A stretch of 64,000 nucleotides of DNA from the NCBI RefSeq assembly GCF_002113885.1, contig NW_018404037.1, positions 51,492-115,491 of the forward strand, written 5' to 3'. The DNA is from Mizuhopecten yessoensis. Its lineage: Eukaryota. Below the pieces are notes generated by a model. That model was not told where the DNA came from, made no database searches, and worked only from the letters and a program-made list of their open reading frames with translations. The translations under genes and the position numbers were made by a program. Positions 38,881 through 52,165 of the stretch are shown here, piece after piece; position 1 is the first letter of the stretch, and the number at the start of each line of letters is the position of its first letter.

Positions 38881-41211
38881 CATATCTTTCCCAAAATGGG
38901 AAATGAAATAATTGTGTGGTCGTGGTATTGGGTTTTTTGCTTTTGACATTATTGCCTTTATATAAAGGATTGTCAATATAACACACACGCTTAACAGGGA
39001 GTGGAACTGTCATTGTTACATGCACGCTTACAAGAAAGGGGAATTGTCAATATCACTCATGGCACAGGGATTGTTAATGTTGCACACATGCTTACTAGGA
39101 CGGGGATTGTCATTATTACGTGTATGCTGCCCGGAAGGACGAATATCTATGTTGTTTATTTCCCCTTACCCACAATAGTACACTTCCTATGGATCATTTT
39201 TTTTTCAAAGGATCAAACTATCAACTTCTATGATATATCCTGTTGTAAATTGCTATCTGAAGTATTCTTTATTTCTTTAATACTTTAGATATGTTACGCG
39301 TTTTTTCTAGCAAATGCAATAGGTCTTATCCTGCTTTGAATAGTTTATTTCACTGAGATGGACACTGAAATATATTACAATAACACCTTCCCATGAGGAC
39401 ATGTTCTTGGGTGTTAAGTGACTCATCACACACACAAGTCCATCAATAAAAACTTATCGTTATGAGCACCTACCATTGTTAACTACTCACATATATATAT
39501 CTATTCATGTTGAAGATAAATCACAATCGTTTGCTGCAGATTTTCTTTCTGTTGCAGCTTCACACATCTCGTTTGTATATTGAAGACACCACATACCTTT
39601 GTTTTTCATCATAAGATCTGTATTATTAACAGAACAATGGTAATGGTCACATTATTTACTAATTCCGATATTCACGTGATGAAGCAAGCATTTGCTAATT
39701 TTCCTCTCCCGGCACTGACATATACCTAGTATCACTTACCTACGGAGTTTATCAACCATATTTAACTCTCTTTTCCAGACACTGCTTCAATTAGCACGGT
39801 TTCAGAATGGTCTTACAAATATAGTAGCCAAGGTTTCCTACCAGAAGGGAGTTCATTTACGCTGTACCCATGCTCTTGTTTATTCCGATATTTTCCTAGT
39901 GTGACCAAGCTGTACGTAGTAGGTCGTTTCTATTGCTATTAACCAACGTATTATTTATCTGAAACAAGCTGGCGAGTTACTTATTCTGATAAAAGTCGAT
40001 TGTTTTGTGTCATCACGTTTTTACTTATGGAATGTTACCAAGCTCTCGTGTTTTAGTTTCCTTAATGTGATTCCTAATAGCACCATATGTGAATATAAAA
40101 TATGCTGCAATGTACAACATCGGGCACAGGGAGAGCTTTATTGAACATTCTTAAAATAATCTGACATAACCAGAACCTCATGATTATCTTTGATAGACTT
40201 TAAAACGGTTTGTAAGCAGACAGTACTTTGTTAACGCTATCTTGAAACGTCTCCCGTATTTCCGGATTGTGTCCCCAACACTGTGCTGGACTCGTTGATT
40301 AGACACACATAGTGATGTTAGGCTAGGTATCCAGCCTGGAGTACGTCAGGGGACTGTTAGCACCACTATATTTTAACTAAAATCGTTTGATGTGGACAAA
40401 CAATATGTCAAAATAAAGAGCTTAAACTTTTAAAACAATGAAACTATTTGCCTGATTGTTTATGCGTGATACGGTATTAAAATGTAGTTTATCATTTGCC
40501 TGTGTCTACATAATCCGACGACGGTAAGTGTTACTAGATCTTATAAGGCCGTACCACTGGCTACCTAATCGGGTTTTAACAGAGTCGGTGAACACAGTGT
40601 CGGCATGACAACATATTAAACAACTGACCTAATTTGGACAGAACATGTATCTGATAATATTGAGATATGTGCTCCAAAGATAGATATACCTTTCTTCAAT
40701 ATTCGTCTTGCAAGTTGCTGTCTTCCATATACTGAATATGTATACAGATATGAATATGAGTATGAATATGTAAACAAATATGTATACAAATATTAATATG
40801 AATGTTTATTACGTTTTTGCTAATGATATATCGAAGCCTTTCAACTTGATAAAACTTTTTGGTATTGACCAATCATAACGGTATCTTCTATTCGCTGCAT
40901 TCAAAGGCAACGATTATTAAAATAGAAATGAAGCGACGGTATAATAAGTGGTTGTTATGGTAAATATGTGGTTTACACAATTAAGTATTTACATAAATAT
41001 ACAATTCATAACACTTTTAAAAGCAATCATACAAGGAAAAAGCAGAAAATGTCGGAATTGCGTTGAGTATTCCATTCAAAATGGCGCGTAGTCTGTTGTC
41101 AAGCGTGACGTCATTAGAGTATGGCGCTAATTAATACACTTCTGATTCCTGCCCTTTTTTAATGCATTACATTATTTATGTTTTATGCTTTAAAATGTAA
41201 TAAATATTGTC

Positions 41212-41318
41212 TTCAGTAATAACAAATATATTTCACGAGTGCGGCTAATATTTTGACGCACTGTTGAAAAATATCAAAATATTAGCCTCACTCGTGAAAT
41301 ATATTTGTTATTACTGAA
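41212..41318. mobile_element. Long hairpin (45-bp arms, 17-nt loop), probably the core of a non-autonomous DNA element
   Basis: 41212-41256 (ttcagtaataacaaatatatttcacgagtgcggctaatattttga) is the reverse complement of 41274-41318 with one mismatch. Confidence 0.8.
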
Positions 41319-42075
41319 TAAACCATTAAATATTCTCAATGTATGCCCTTTTAAAACCCCCTCATAATTGTTTTAAAATAATTAAAGTTTATGCCTCATG
41401 CCTTTAAAAACATGCTTTATTTCACAAAACATTCGCAACATTGATACTAGGCATCAAAAAGTAAAACATGATTTGGTCTAGTTTTACATTTTTGTAGTAT
41501 TTATGTCCATGTTCGGATGATAGTCAAAAAAGTATATACAAAATACTGTAATGTCACAAACCATTACAAAGAGGATCTTATTCGACATCAAAATATTCCT
41601 ATGAACAACAAATAATAGTTATAATGACTGCATGGCGTAGAACAATGACAACATTGTTTTAATTGTATATTTAAGTATTGTGTTGTCGCCGATAACAGGT
41701 TTCCTACGTAAACATTTGAACAAAGTTAGATACATCTAAATACACTAAAGCACCAGCACACTGACAGATTATTTATCCAAAATAGATCTAATAAACACAA
41801 CGGCACGGACCCAGGAGACAGGAAAACAACATATGAGCTAATGGAAATCAGCAAAGCTCGGAAGTTCGAAGACTATTCGGAAAATAGCAAAATGAAGTAG
41901 TTTGGAAGTGATTTATCAATTACACTGGACCAATCGTGTACCCCTAATAGACCTAAATGGCAAATAGCAGCATCGCTGTGCAATACATTACCCAACGACA
42001 ACGCCGACGTTGGCATAGGACGTAACCTCTCATTTCCTCCAAATATGCAAGCTATCAGGATCACCATTAATATCC

Positions 42076-44530
42076 AACGACAAGGTCACCGCCGACATGA
42101 TGAAGAGTAACTCAAAACAACGACAAGGTCACCACTGACATGATGAAGAGTAACTCAAAACAACGACAAGGTCACCACTGATATGATGGAGAGTAACTCA
42201 ACACAGCGACAAGGTCACCACTGATATGATGAAGAGTAACTCAAAACAACGACACGGTCACCACTGATATGATGGAGAGTAACTCAATACAGCGACAAGG
42301 TCACCACTGACATGATGAAGAGCAACTCAAACAACAACGACAAGGTCACCACTGATATGATGGAGAGTAACTCAACCCAGCGACAAGGTCCCCACTGATA
42401 TGATGAAGAGTAACTCAAAACAACGATAAGGTCACCACTGACATGATGAAGAGTAACACAACACAGCGACAAGGTCACCACTGACATGATGGAGAGTAAC
42501 CAAACACAGCGACAAGGTCACTACTGACATGATGGAGAGTAACCCAACACAGCGACAAGGTCACCACTGACATGATGAAGAGTAACTCAAACAACAACGA
42601 CAAGGTCACCACTGATATGATGAAGAGGAACTCAAAACAACGACAAGGTCACCACTGACATGATGATGAGTAACTCAACACAGCGACAAGGTCACCCCTG
42701 ATATGATGAAGAGTAACTCAAAACAACGACAAGGTCACCACTGATATGATGGAGAGCAACTCAACACAACGACAAGGTCACCACTGACATGATGAAGAGC
42801 AACTCAAACAACAACGACAAGGTCACCACTGATATGATGAAGAGTAACTCAAAACAACGACAAGGTCACCACTGACATGATGGAGAGTAACTCAACACCG
42901 CGACAAGGTCACCACTGACATGATGAAGAGTAACTCAAACAACAACGACAAGGTCACCACTGATATGATGGAGAGTAACTCAACACAGCGACAAGGTCAC
43001 CACTGACATGATGGAGAGTAACTCAAAACAACGACAAGGTCACCACTGACATGATGGAGAGTAACTCAAAACAACGACAAGGTCACCACTGATATGATGA
43101 AGAGTAACTCAAAACAACGACAAGGTCACCACTGATATGATGAAGAGTAACTCAAAACAACGACAAGGTCACCACTGACATGATGGAGAGTAACTCAAAA
43201 CAACGACAAGGTCACCACTGATATGATGAAGAGTAACTCAAAACAACGACAAGGTCACCACTGATATGATGAAGAGTAACTCAAAACAACGACAAGGTCA
43301 CCACTGACATGATGGAGAGTAACTCAAAACAACGACAAGGTCACCACTGATATGATGAAGAGTAACTCAAAACAACGACAAGGTCACCACTGATATGATG
43401 AAGAGTAACTCAAAACAACGACAAGGTCACCACTGACATGATGGAGAGTAACTCAAAACAACGACAAGGTCACCACTGATATGATGAAGAGTAACTCAAA
43501 ACAACGACAAGGTCACCACTGATATGATGAAGAGTAACTCAAAACAACGACAAGGTCACCACTGACATGATGGAGAGTAACTCAAAACAACGACAAGGTC
43601 ACCACTGATATGATGAAGAGTAACTCAAAACAACGACAAGGTCACCACTGATATGATGAAGAGTAACTCAAAACAACGACAAGGTCACCACTGACATGAT
43701 GGAGAGTAACTCAAAACAACGACAAGGTCACCACTGATATGATGAAGAGTAACTCAAAACAACGACAAGGTCACCACTGATATGATGAAGAGTAACTCAA
43801 AACAACGACAAGGTCACCACTGACATGATGGAGAGTAACTCAAAACAACGACAAGGTCACCACTGATATGATGAAGAGTAACTCAAAACAACGACAAGGT
43901 CACCACTGATATGATGAAGAGTAACTCAAAACAACGACAAGGTCACCACTGATATGATGAAGAGTAACTCAAAACAACGACAAGGTCACCACTGACATGA
44001 TGGAGAGTAACTCAAAACAACGACAAGGTCACCACTGATATGATGAAGAGTAACTCAAAACAACGACAAGGTCACCACTGATATGATGAAGAGTAACTCA
44101 AAACAACGACAAGGTCACCACTGACATGATGGAGAGTAACTCAAAACAACGACAAGGTCACCACTGATATGATGAAGAGTAACTCAAAACAACGACAAGG
44201 TCACCACTGATATGATGAAGAGTAACTCAAAACAACGACAAGGTCACCACTGACATGATGGAGAGTAACTCAACACAACGACAAGGTCATCACTGTTATA
44301 ATGAAGGGTAACTCAACACAGCGACAAGGTCACCACTGACATGATGGAGAGTAACTCAACACAACGACAAGGTCATCACTGTTATAATGAAGGGTAACTC
44401 AACACAACGACAAGGTCACCACTGACATGATGGAGAGTAACTCAACACAACGACAAGGTCATCACTGTTATAATGAAGGGTAACTCAACACAGCGACAAG
44501 GTCACCACTGATATGATGAAGAGTAACTCA
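42076..44530. repeat. 43-bp satellite, ~57 copies, with a 129-bp higher-order core
   Basis: Unit acaacgacaaggtcaccactga(t/c)atgatg(a/g)agagtaactcaaa. Confidence 0.99.
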
Positions 44531-47035
44531 TCTCAATGAGGCCACTATCAAGGTGAAGATCACTTTTCAACATTGACAAACAGAAATAAAGATGATCTTA
44601 ATGCTCATTATTGTTTTTCATTTACATTTGTTTGTTTACAATATTACTTTTCAGATTTTACGATTTAAAGTTAATCTTGCTTATACTGTTTTTGAATGGT
44701 CGTTTTAAAAGCCTTACTGCTGACTATTAGTGAGGCAGAGGGAATATTTACCTATCTTACAATAGCAGTGAGAAACACACGCACACACCTTCTGCTTGGA
44801 ATGTATCCAAATCCATGTTCCCACTAGTAATATATGCCGTTGTATGTCTGTAGCCACGCCCCTCCCAGACACACACACATACCGTTAATGGGGAGTGCTT
44901 GGCCAACGACGCAATTTATATACAGTCCACATTAACACATAGATAGGCAATCGCGTGGGTTTAAGATCGAAATTGGTTTTAAATGTTTTGTCCGTTATCC
45001 TTGTTTGAATATATTGTTTATTTGTTATTGACTGGATGAACACATATCCATGCTTGATCGAGTGTAAGGTTGTAGAAACAGCGTTAACAACATTTCAGGA
45101 TTGAATTTAGTCAAGGCGGTTTGACTTCCTAAAATATAAATATAATATTATTAAAGGCAAATTGATGCAATGGTCATTAATTCTTATGTATTAATTCATT
45201 CCTGAAGAGGATTCTTACAGTAAGACTTCTCCTATTAGATTCACACATTAAGACTTTTGTATTATATATTATGTATTCGGATAGTTAGTTCTGTCAAATG
45301 ATGTGTTAACTTTAAGGAAAACTAGTATCTGTTTTTGTTTACAAAAAATTCTACCAAACCTCATGATAAGTTGTAGAAAAACTGCATAAGTAAATGTCAA
45401 ATGGAACGTCGCCACTATGATGTCATAGGGTGTTGTTATAACGCCACAGTGTATCATCGTTTATTGGTATTAAATGTACGTAGTGAAGGTATTGCCCAAC
45501 AAGTGGGCGGGGAAGAATTGTCTGATATCGATTTAATATCACGATTTCCATCAAGGAGATTTGGAGGATATACAACGAAAAACATATGACAATAGCATGC
45601 TGATAGACAACCTTCTCCAAGTAGTTAGGTCATATATATCGTTTATAAAATTGATACAAACATAAATGAGCAAAACGATTGGTTGAAAGCAATACACAAA
45701 ATATTACTTAGTTACACTCGTGAAGATTAACATTGATGGCAGCCTTAATGCGAGAATGTTTACCGTTGTATGAAATTAGGTCAAAGCTTTATGAAATCAA
45801 TCCAATGATGTAGTTTTACATAGTGTCTGATTAGCGCTCAAAGTGTTGACTATTGAGCAGAAAAAAACATTGACAGATAGTCTGTAACAGGTGTGTTTCA
45901 TATAATTGGAATTTATCGTTTGACTTTTATAATTCCCGATCAATTTATGTCAACGAGGAAACAGTAACTTTTGATTACAATGTGTCGTTAACAGTTTTTA
46001 ATGATATATTATGATAAGTTACGTCTAGGTATCGTCTTTTAATGCAAAGGGTATCAATTTGAATTACATAATAAGTATTGTCAGATTTCTGAAATATTGT
46101 TTGTTTGTTTTTACAGTCCTTTTCAAAGGGCATATGCGGTAAAAATCGCATGTTGCGATTCGTTTTATAGAATTATATATGTTAAAAAGCTGCAAATGTC
46201 GAACTCAAGACCTTTATATCGCAAAGCCTAAAGTTGACCAATGTGGCCGTCCAGAAAGACACACAAAATTTAATGAGTGTCCAATTCATAATATTGAGTG
46301 TGATATTAATATGAAACGGCATACAGGGAGTGTCGGATAGGAGGTAGAGTAAAGTGTGTCTGCTACATGTCCCATGTTTATAGTCGATTGTTAATACCGG
46401 ACTTCGTCTTCTGCTTTTGCTCTCAAACACGTCCTCTTATAGTTAATGCAGTATCGTTTGTGCCATTTCTTACTGTATTTGTTTAATATCAAGTGGATTT
46501 CTTACACTTAGTGTTTCCACAATGTTGTATACTTTATGATAAAAGATCGTTGACAAAACATTCTATTCAAAGCTATATAAATATACGTAACCACGGATAA
46601 TGATTTGTGAACAGCTTTGACACGACCTACGAACTAGGTTGCGATAAAGCTGTATATCAGACCATCGAATTATTATTATTATTATTATCAGAATGCATAG
46701 AAGTATATCGGAATATATATAATGCCAATCTAACTAAAAGAAGTTTGATTCTTAATGCGTTCGTGCGCTTGCATGAAACATATTATAAAAAATGAACGAA
46801 AGAGTGTTATGTGATGTGTTATAATCTGAATGTGCAAAACCACGTCTTCTTATGTAGACGTGTAATATCGTGTTATTATATAAGTGTGTAAAATCAAGTG
46901 TTCTTATCTAAGTGTGTACAATAAGATGTCATTGTTTGAGCATGAAAAAGTATGTCTCGTTATCTAATCGTGTACAATGTTGTGATGTCACCTGAATATG
47001 TAAAATGACGTGTTTATATTTGAGCGTATAAAACC

Positions 47036-47265
47036 ATGTGGTGTTATTGAGGCGTGTACAATCATGTGTTATTATTGAGGCGTGTACAATCATGTGTTAT
47101 TATTGAGGCGTGTAAAATCATGTATTGTTATTAAGGCGTGTAAAATCATGTGTTATTATTGAGGCGTTTAAAATCATGTGTTATTATTGAGGCGTGTAAA
47201 ATCATGTGTTATTATTGAGGCGTGTAAAAGCATGTGTTATTATTGAGGCGTGTAAAAGCATGTGG
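47036..47265. repeat. 28-bp minisatellite, ~8 copies, with degenerate copies back to ~46830
   Basis: catgtgttattattgaggcgtgtaaaat. Confidence 0.94.
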
Positions 47266-47654
47266 TACAGTATTATGTATGCGTATAAAATGATTGTTTA
47301 AGCTTTGAAATTATGTGTTGTAACCTAAGAAAATATATTAAGGTTTAATAAGGATTTTTAAAACAATGACAATGCTACCAAGGCCGTCACCAGGGATCAG
47401 TGACGTCACAGGTAAAAGATGACGTCATCAGTAGATGTCCATTACACACTTAGTTTGTCCGGCATTAGGGGACTGAAGAATGATCGTAATATTATTTTGG
47501 CTATGTGATGTTATACCATATTTACCTTATGAATAAGAACATGCAATGATGAGTACCAGCTCAGTGTAAAAACACATATTCAGTTATTAAAGGCAAATAA
47601 AATGAGAACTTGGACAAAAAATGAGATGAATGAGTTTATTACTTATTTACTTAC

Positions 47655-47716
47655 GTTGAAAAACCAATAATGATTTCTGATCACAAGTTCATTCAGCATT
47701 TCAATCAATTGGAGAC
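47655..47716 (-). CDS. Candidate 62-nt spliced exon (coding or UTR), product unknown
   Basis: Strong acceptor ttttatcttatttgtttcag| and consensus donor |gtaagt. One frame is open: LQLIEMLNELVIRNHYWFFN (phase 1-0). Confidence 0.35.
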
Positions 47717-47869
47717 CTGAAACAAATAAGATAAAATAAATAAATAAATAGATAGAGAAATGAAATGTCAATAACTGTATTAACATGCGAACGTCACATT
47801 TATTGAGCTTCTGACATTATAGAACAAAGGTAAGACAAAACTTAGGATCACCTCGTACTAGCGCATAAA

Positions 47870-48030
47870 AAAAACAGAATCTCACAAAATAAAACAAAAT
47901 ATCGCAAAATTAAACAGAAGCTCACAAAATTAAAAACAGAATATCTCAAAATTAAACAGAATCTCACATAATTAAACAAAATATCGCAAAATTAAACAGT
48001 ATATCACAAAATAAATTAGAATATCAAAAA
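47870..48030. repeat. ~20-bp A-rich tandem repeat, ~8 copies
   Basis: aaaattaaacagaatctcac and variants. Confidence 0.88.
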
Positions 48031-49406
48031 ATGCTGTCCCGGAGAATTTGACCTTTTTTTTTCATTTGAAAGGATATAACAACGACGGTGTTGAAATTTT
48101 AAACTCTTATTTTCAGAGTAATCCGCTCATTTAAAGAAAATGTGTATTACACAAAAAAAAAACACACCAAAAAACTCGGACAGGATCCTGTTAATATATC
48201 GTCATTAGCAATACATATAACGAGTTGGGTTTTGTGTAGCTACAGGTAAGGCACAGATATGTATATTGTTTGTTTTCTATTTTTACAGAAACACACATCT
48301 ATTACCAGGGATGACTAAATATCATACAGTACTAGATATATATGTTTATAGTAACATGCTGAGGTTCTATGTCGTAACTGATCAGCTTATTCCCAATGCC
48401 ATACAAAAATGATGCATTATAATGATCAGAAGGTAGGAAAAAACATACTGCAAATATAGCAAACAGGTCAAATGTAAAATGTGACAGAAATAAAACCCTA
48501 TTAAACGGACCCAATCATAACACCTGCCTTTGTAACAATTAATACCATTCTAAGACCGAATAAGACGTTAGGTAACGTTAGATTGGCTGTTATGTTAATG
48601 TCCTCGTATCGGTAAGGTTAAGACGAGGACTAATGCTGGCATCACACTCCTTGCTGATGGTGTATCATTTTTCATTTTTTTTAACGATTGCCACCAGTTT
48701 AGAGGAAAATTGAGATAAAATGATCTGTTATATCTATTTGAATAACTGTCTTCTCAATAACACTTTCTCTAACTTCTACAACAGTGTTTTTATGTATTTC
48801 CTATATTAATTTTACCAGTTTCCATTCTTCGGGCTATATTTTATCGATAAGGTGTTAAGGCTTCACCAAATAATATTTCAATGTTTTATCTGGTTTTGAG
48901 AAACCATCACTATTGTATTGTAGGTATTTTGGGGTTTCTGGGTGTCGATGTTAACGTTACATTAGGACACTGGGGCTCTATTTCGTTCTGTATGACTTGA
49001 CCTAATGTGCTTATGTTTGAATGAAGAAATATATCTCACTGTCGAAAATCGAATGTTCATTCATACAGTAGATGATCTTGAATTTGTCACGTTAAAAGCA
49101 CGGAACCATTTGTAAAAGGAAAGAATAGGTTATGTCATCAACATGTACGTGACAATAAAGCGATCAAAACAGACACAGGTGCTCTCCCTAATAAGAAGAG
49201 AAATATCCCGAGATCATACATACGTAAAAAAGGTTCCTTTTAAATTAATTGTTTTCATTCGTCTGATCTCTATTACCTCTTGCTAGCCCTTAATTGGCGA
49301 CATAGACAGATGGTGCAGTGAACTGTTAACTTTGTTTGGCTGTCTGCACCTACAAACAATAATTGATACAGGTTAATCTACCTGTCGAATATATATATAT
49401 ATATAG

Positions 49407-50663
49407 TGATCGTTTTACGTGACCCAGTGGGTGACTCTGCTGGTGGTCTAGTGATTGGTTTACGTGACACAGTGGGTGACTTTGCTGATGGTCTAGGGAT
49501 TGGTTTACGTGACACAGTGGGTGACTTTGCTGGCGGTCTAGTGATTTGTTTACGTGACACAGAGGATGATTTTGCTTGTGGTCTAGTGATTGTTTTACGT
49601 GACACAGTGTGTGACTCTGCTGGTGGTCTAGTGATTTGTTTACATGACACAGATAATGATTCTGCTTGTGGTCTAGTGATTGTTTTACGTGACACTGTTA
49701 GTGACTCTGCTGGTGGTCTAGTGATTATTTCACGAGACACTGTTAGTGACTCTGCTAGTGGTCTAGTGATTGTTTTACGTGACACAGTGAATGTCTCTGC
49801 CGGTGGTCTAGTGATTGTTTCACGAGACACTGCTGGTGACTCTGCTGGTGGTCTAGTGATTGTTTTACATGACACAGTGGGTGACTCTGCTGGTGGTCTA
49901 GTGATTGTTTCACGAGACACAGTGGGTGACTCTGCTGGTAGTCTAGCAATTGTTTTACGTGACACTGTTGGTGACTTTGCTGATAGTCTAGTAATTGATT
50001 TACCTGACACTTTGGGTGACTTTGCTGGGGGTCTAGTGATTATTTTACGTGACACAGTCGGTGACTCTGCTGGTGGTCTAGTAATTGATATACGTGACAC
50101 TGTGGGTGACTTTGCTGGTGGTCTAGTGATTATTTCACGTGACACTGTTAGTGACTCTGCTGGTGGTCTAGGGATTGTTTTACGTGACACAGTGGGTGAC
50201 TCAGCTGGTGGTCTAGTGATTGTTTTACGTGACACAGTGGGTGACTCTGCTGGTGGTCTAGTGATTGTTTTACGTGACACAGTGGGTGACTCTGCTGGTG
50301 GTCTAGTAATTGATATACGTGACACTGTTAGTGATTTTTCTCGTGGTCTAGTGATTGTTTACGTGACACTGTGGGTGACTTTGCTAGTGGTCTAGTGATT
50401 GTTTACTTGACACTGTTAGTGACTTTGCTCGTGGTCTAGTGATTGTTTTACGTGACACAGTGAATGACTTTGCTGATGGTCTAGTGATTGTTTTACGTGA
50501 GACAGTGGGTGACTCTGCTGGTGGTCTAGTGATTGTTTTACGTGACACAGTGGGTGACTCTGCTGGTGGTCTAGTGATTGTTTTACGTGACACAGTGAAT
50601 GACTTTGTTGATGGTCTAGTGATTGTTGTACGTGACACAGAGGGTGACTCTGCTGGTGGTCTA
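49407..50663. repeat. 45-bp minisatellite, ~28 copies, abutting a (TA)n tract
   Basis: gtgattgttttacgtgacacagtgggtgactctgctggtggtcta. It produces 15-aa periodic ORFs on both strands. Confidence 0.98.
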
Positions 50664-51164
50664 GGAGTCCCAAGGTTGGCCGTTTACTTCCTGCTAAAAT
50701 TTGTTCTAGCACTGTTTACGTGAAATACCAGTTAAAGTATACATTATCTATTGTTCCTAGATTTGTAAATATGTAACGTATCCAAGTGTTGAGCAGCACC
50801 TCACCTGTTTGCCCTTTTATGCATACAATTCGAAATATATTGATGCAGAATTTCCTTTGTTTTTCATTACTGTGATCTCTAGTAGCACTGATACTTCCTT
50901 ATTGAACAAAATTGTCATATAGCGCAGTGCCATGTTTACTTTAGTTGGCTTTCTGCGTCTGCAAACATGATTTTATTCATTTTTTTTTTGTATTTCTAGT
51001 ATGGCAATTGTTTTGAATTAGCCCCGAGATATATATTAACCTTTTAGTAAAATATGTGTCGTCATCGTAGACTCATTGTGTCTTTTCAATTATGTTATGT
51101 GTATCTTACTCACGTTGTTTTGCCTTTCTGATACCACATTTGTTTCTGATGTTGTCCGTTTCTG

Positions 51165-52165
51165 CTAACACTATGGTATATTGTGTCCGTTTGTTGACGC
51201 TTTAGTATACTTAATCGTTTGTGCGGGCACTATGGTATATTGTGTCCGTTTGTTGACGCTTTGGTATGCTTAATCGTTTGTGCTAACATTATGGTATATT
51301 GTGTCCGTTTGTTGACGCTTTGGTATGCTTAATCGTTTGTGCGGGCACTATGGTAGATGTATATTGTTTGTCGTTTGTTGACGCTTTGGTATGCTTAATC
51401 GTTTCTGCTAACATTATGGTATATTGTGTCCGTTTGTTGACGCTTTAGTATACTTAATCGCTTGTGCTAACACTATGGTATATTGTGTCCGTTTGTTTAC
51501 GCTTTGGTATGCTTAATAGTTTGTGCAGGCACTATGGTATATTGTGTCCGTTTGTTTACGCTTTGGTATGCTTAATAGTTTGTGCAGGCACTATGGTATA
51601 TTGTGTCCGTTTGTTGACGCTTTGGTATGCTTAATCGTTTGTGCGGTCACTATGGTATATTGTTTGTCGTTTGTTGACGCTTTGGTATTGCTTAATCATT
51701 TGTGCTGGCACTATGTTATATTGTGTCCGTTTGCTGACGCTTTGGTATACTTAATCGTGTGTGCTGGCATTATGGTATATTGTGTCCGTTTGTTGACGCT
51801 TTAGTATACTTAATCGTTTGTGGTAACACTATGGTATATTGTGTCCGTTTGTTGACGCTTTGGTATGCTTAATAGTTTGTGTGGGCACTATGGTAGATGT
51901 ATATTGTTTGTCGTTTGTTGACGCTTTGGTATGCTTAATAGTTTGTGCGGGCACTATGGTATATTGTGTCCGTTTGTTGACGCTTTGGTATGCTTAATCG
52001 TTTGTGCTGGCATTATGGTATATTGTGTCCGTTTGTTGACGCTTTGGTATACTTAATCGTTTGTGCTGGCATTATGGTATATTGTGTCCGTTTGTTGACG
52101 CTTTGGTATACTTAATCGTGTGTGCTGGCATTATGGCATATTGGGTCCGTTTGTTGACGCTATAG
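51165..52165. repeat. 59-bp minisatellite, ~17 copies
   Basis: tatggtatattgtgtccgtttgttgacgctttggtatgcttaatcgtttgtgctggcac. Confidence 0.97.

Noticed and set aside
38207-38988. Seven overlapping ORFs up to 224 aa (extensin-like or GGG/EER repeats)
   Set aside because: They are translations of a 33-bp minisatellite, open in several frames on both strands and broken by 1-nt indels.
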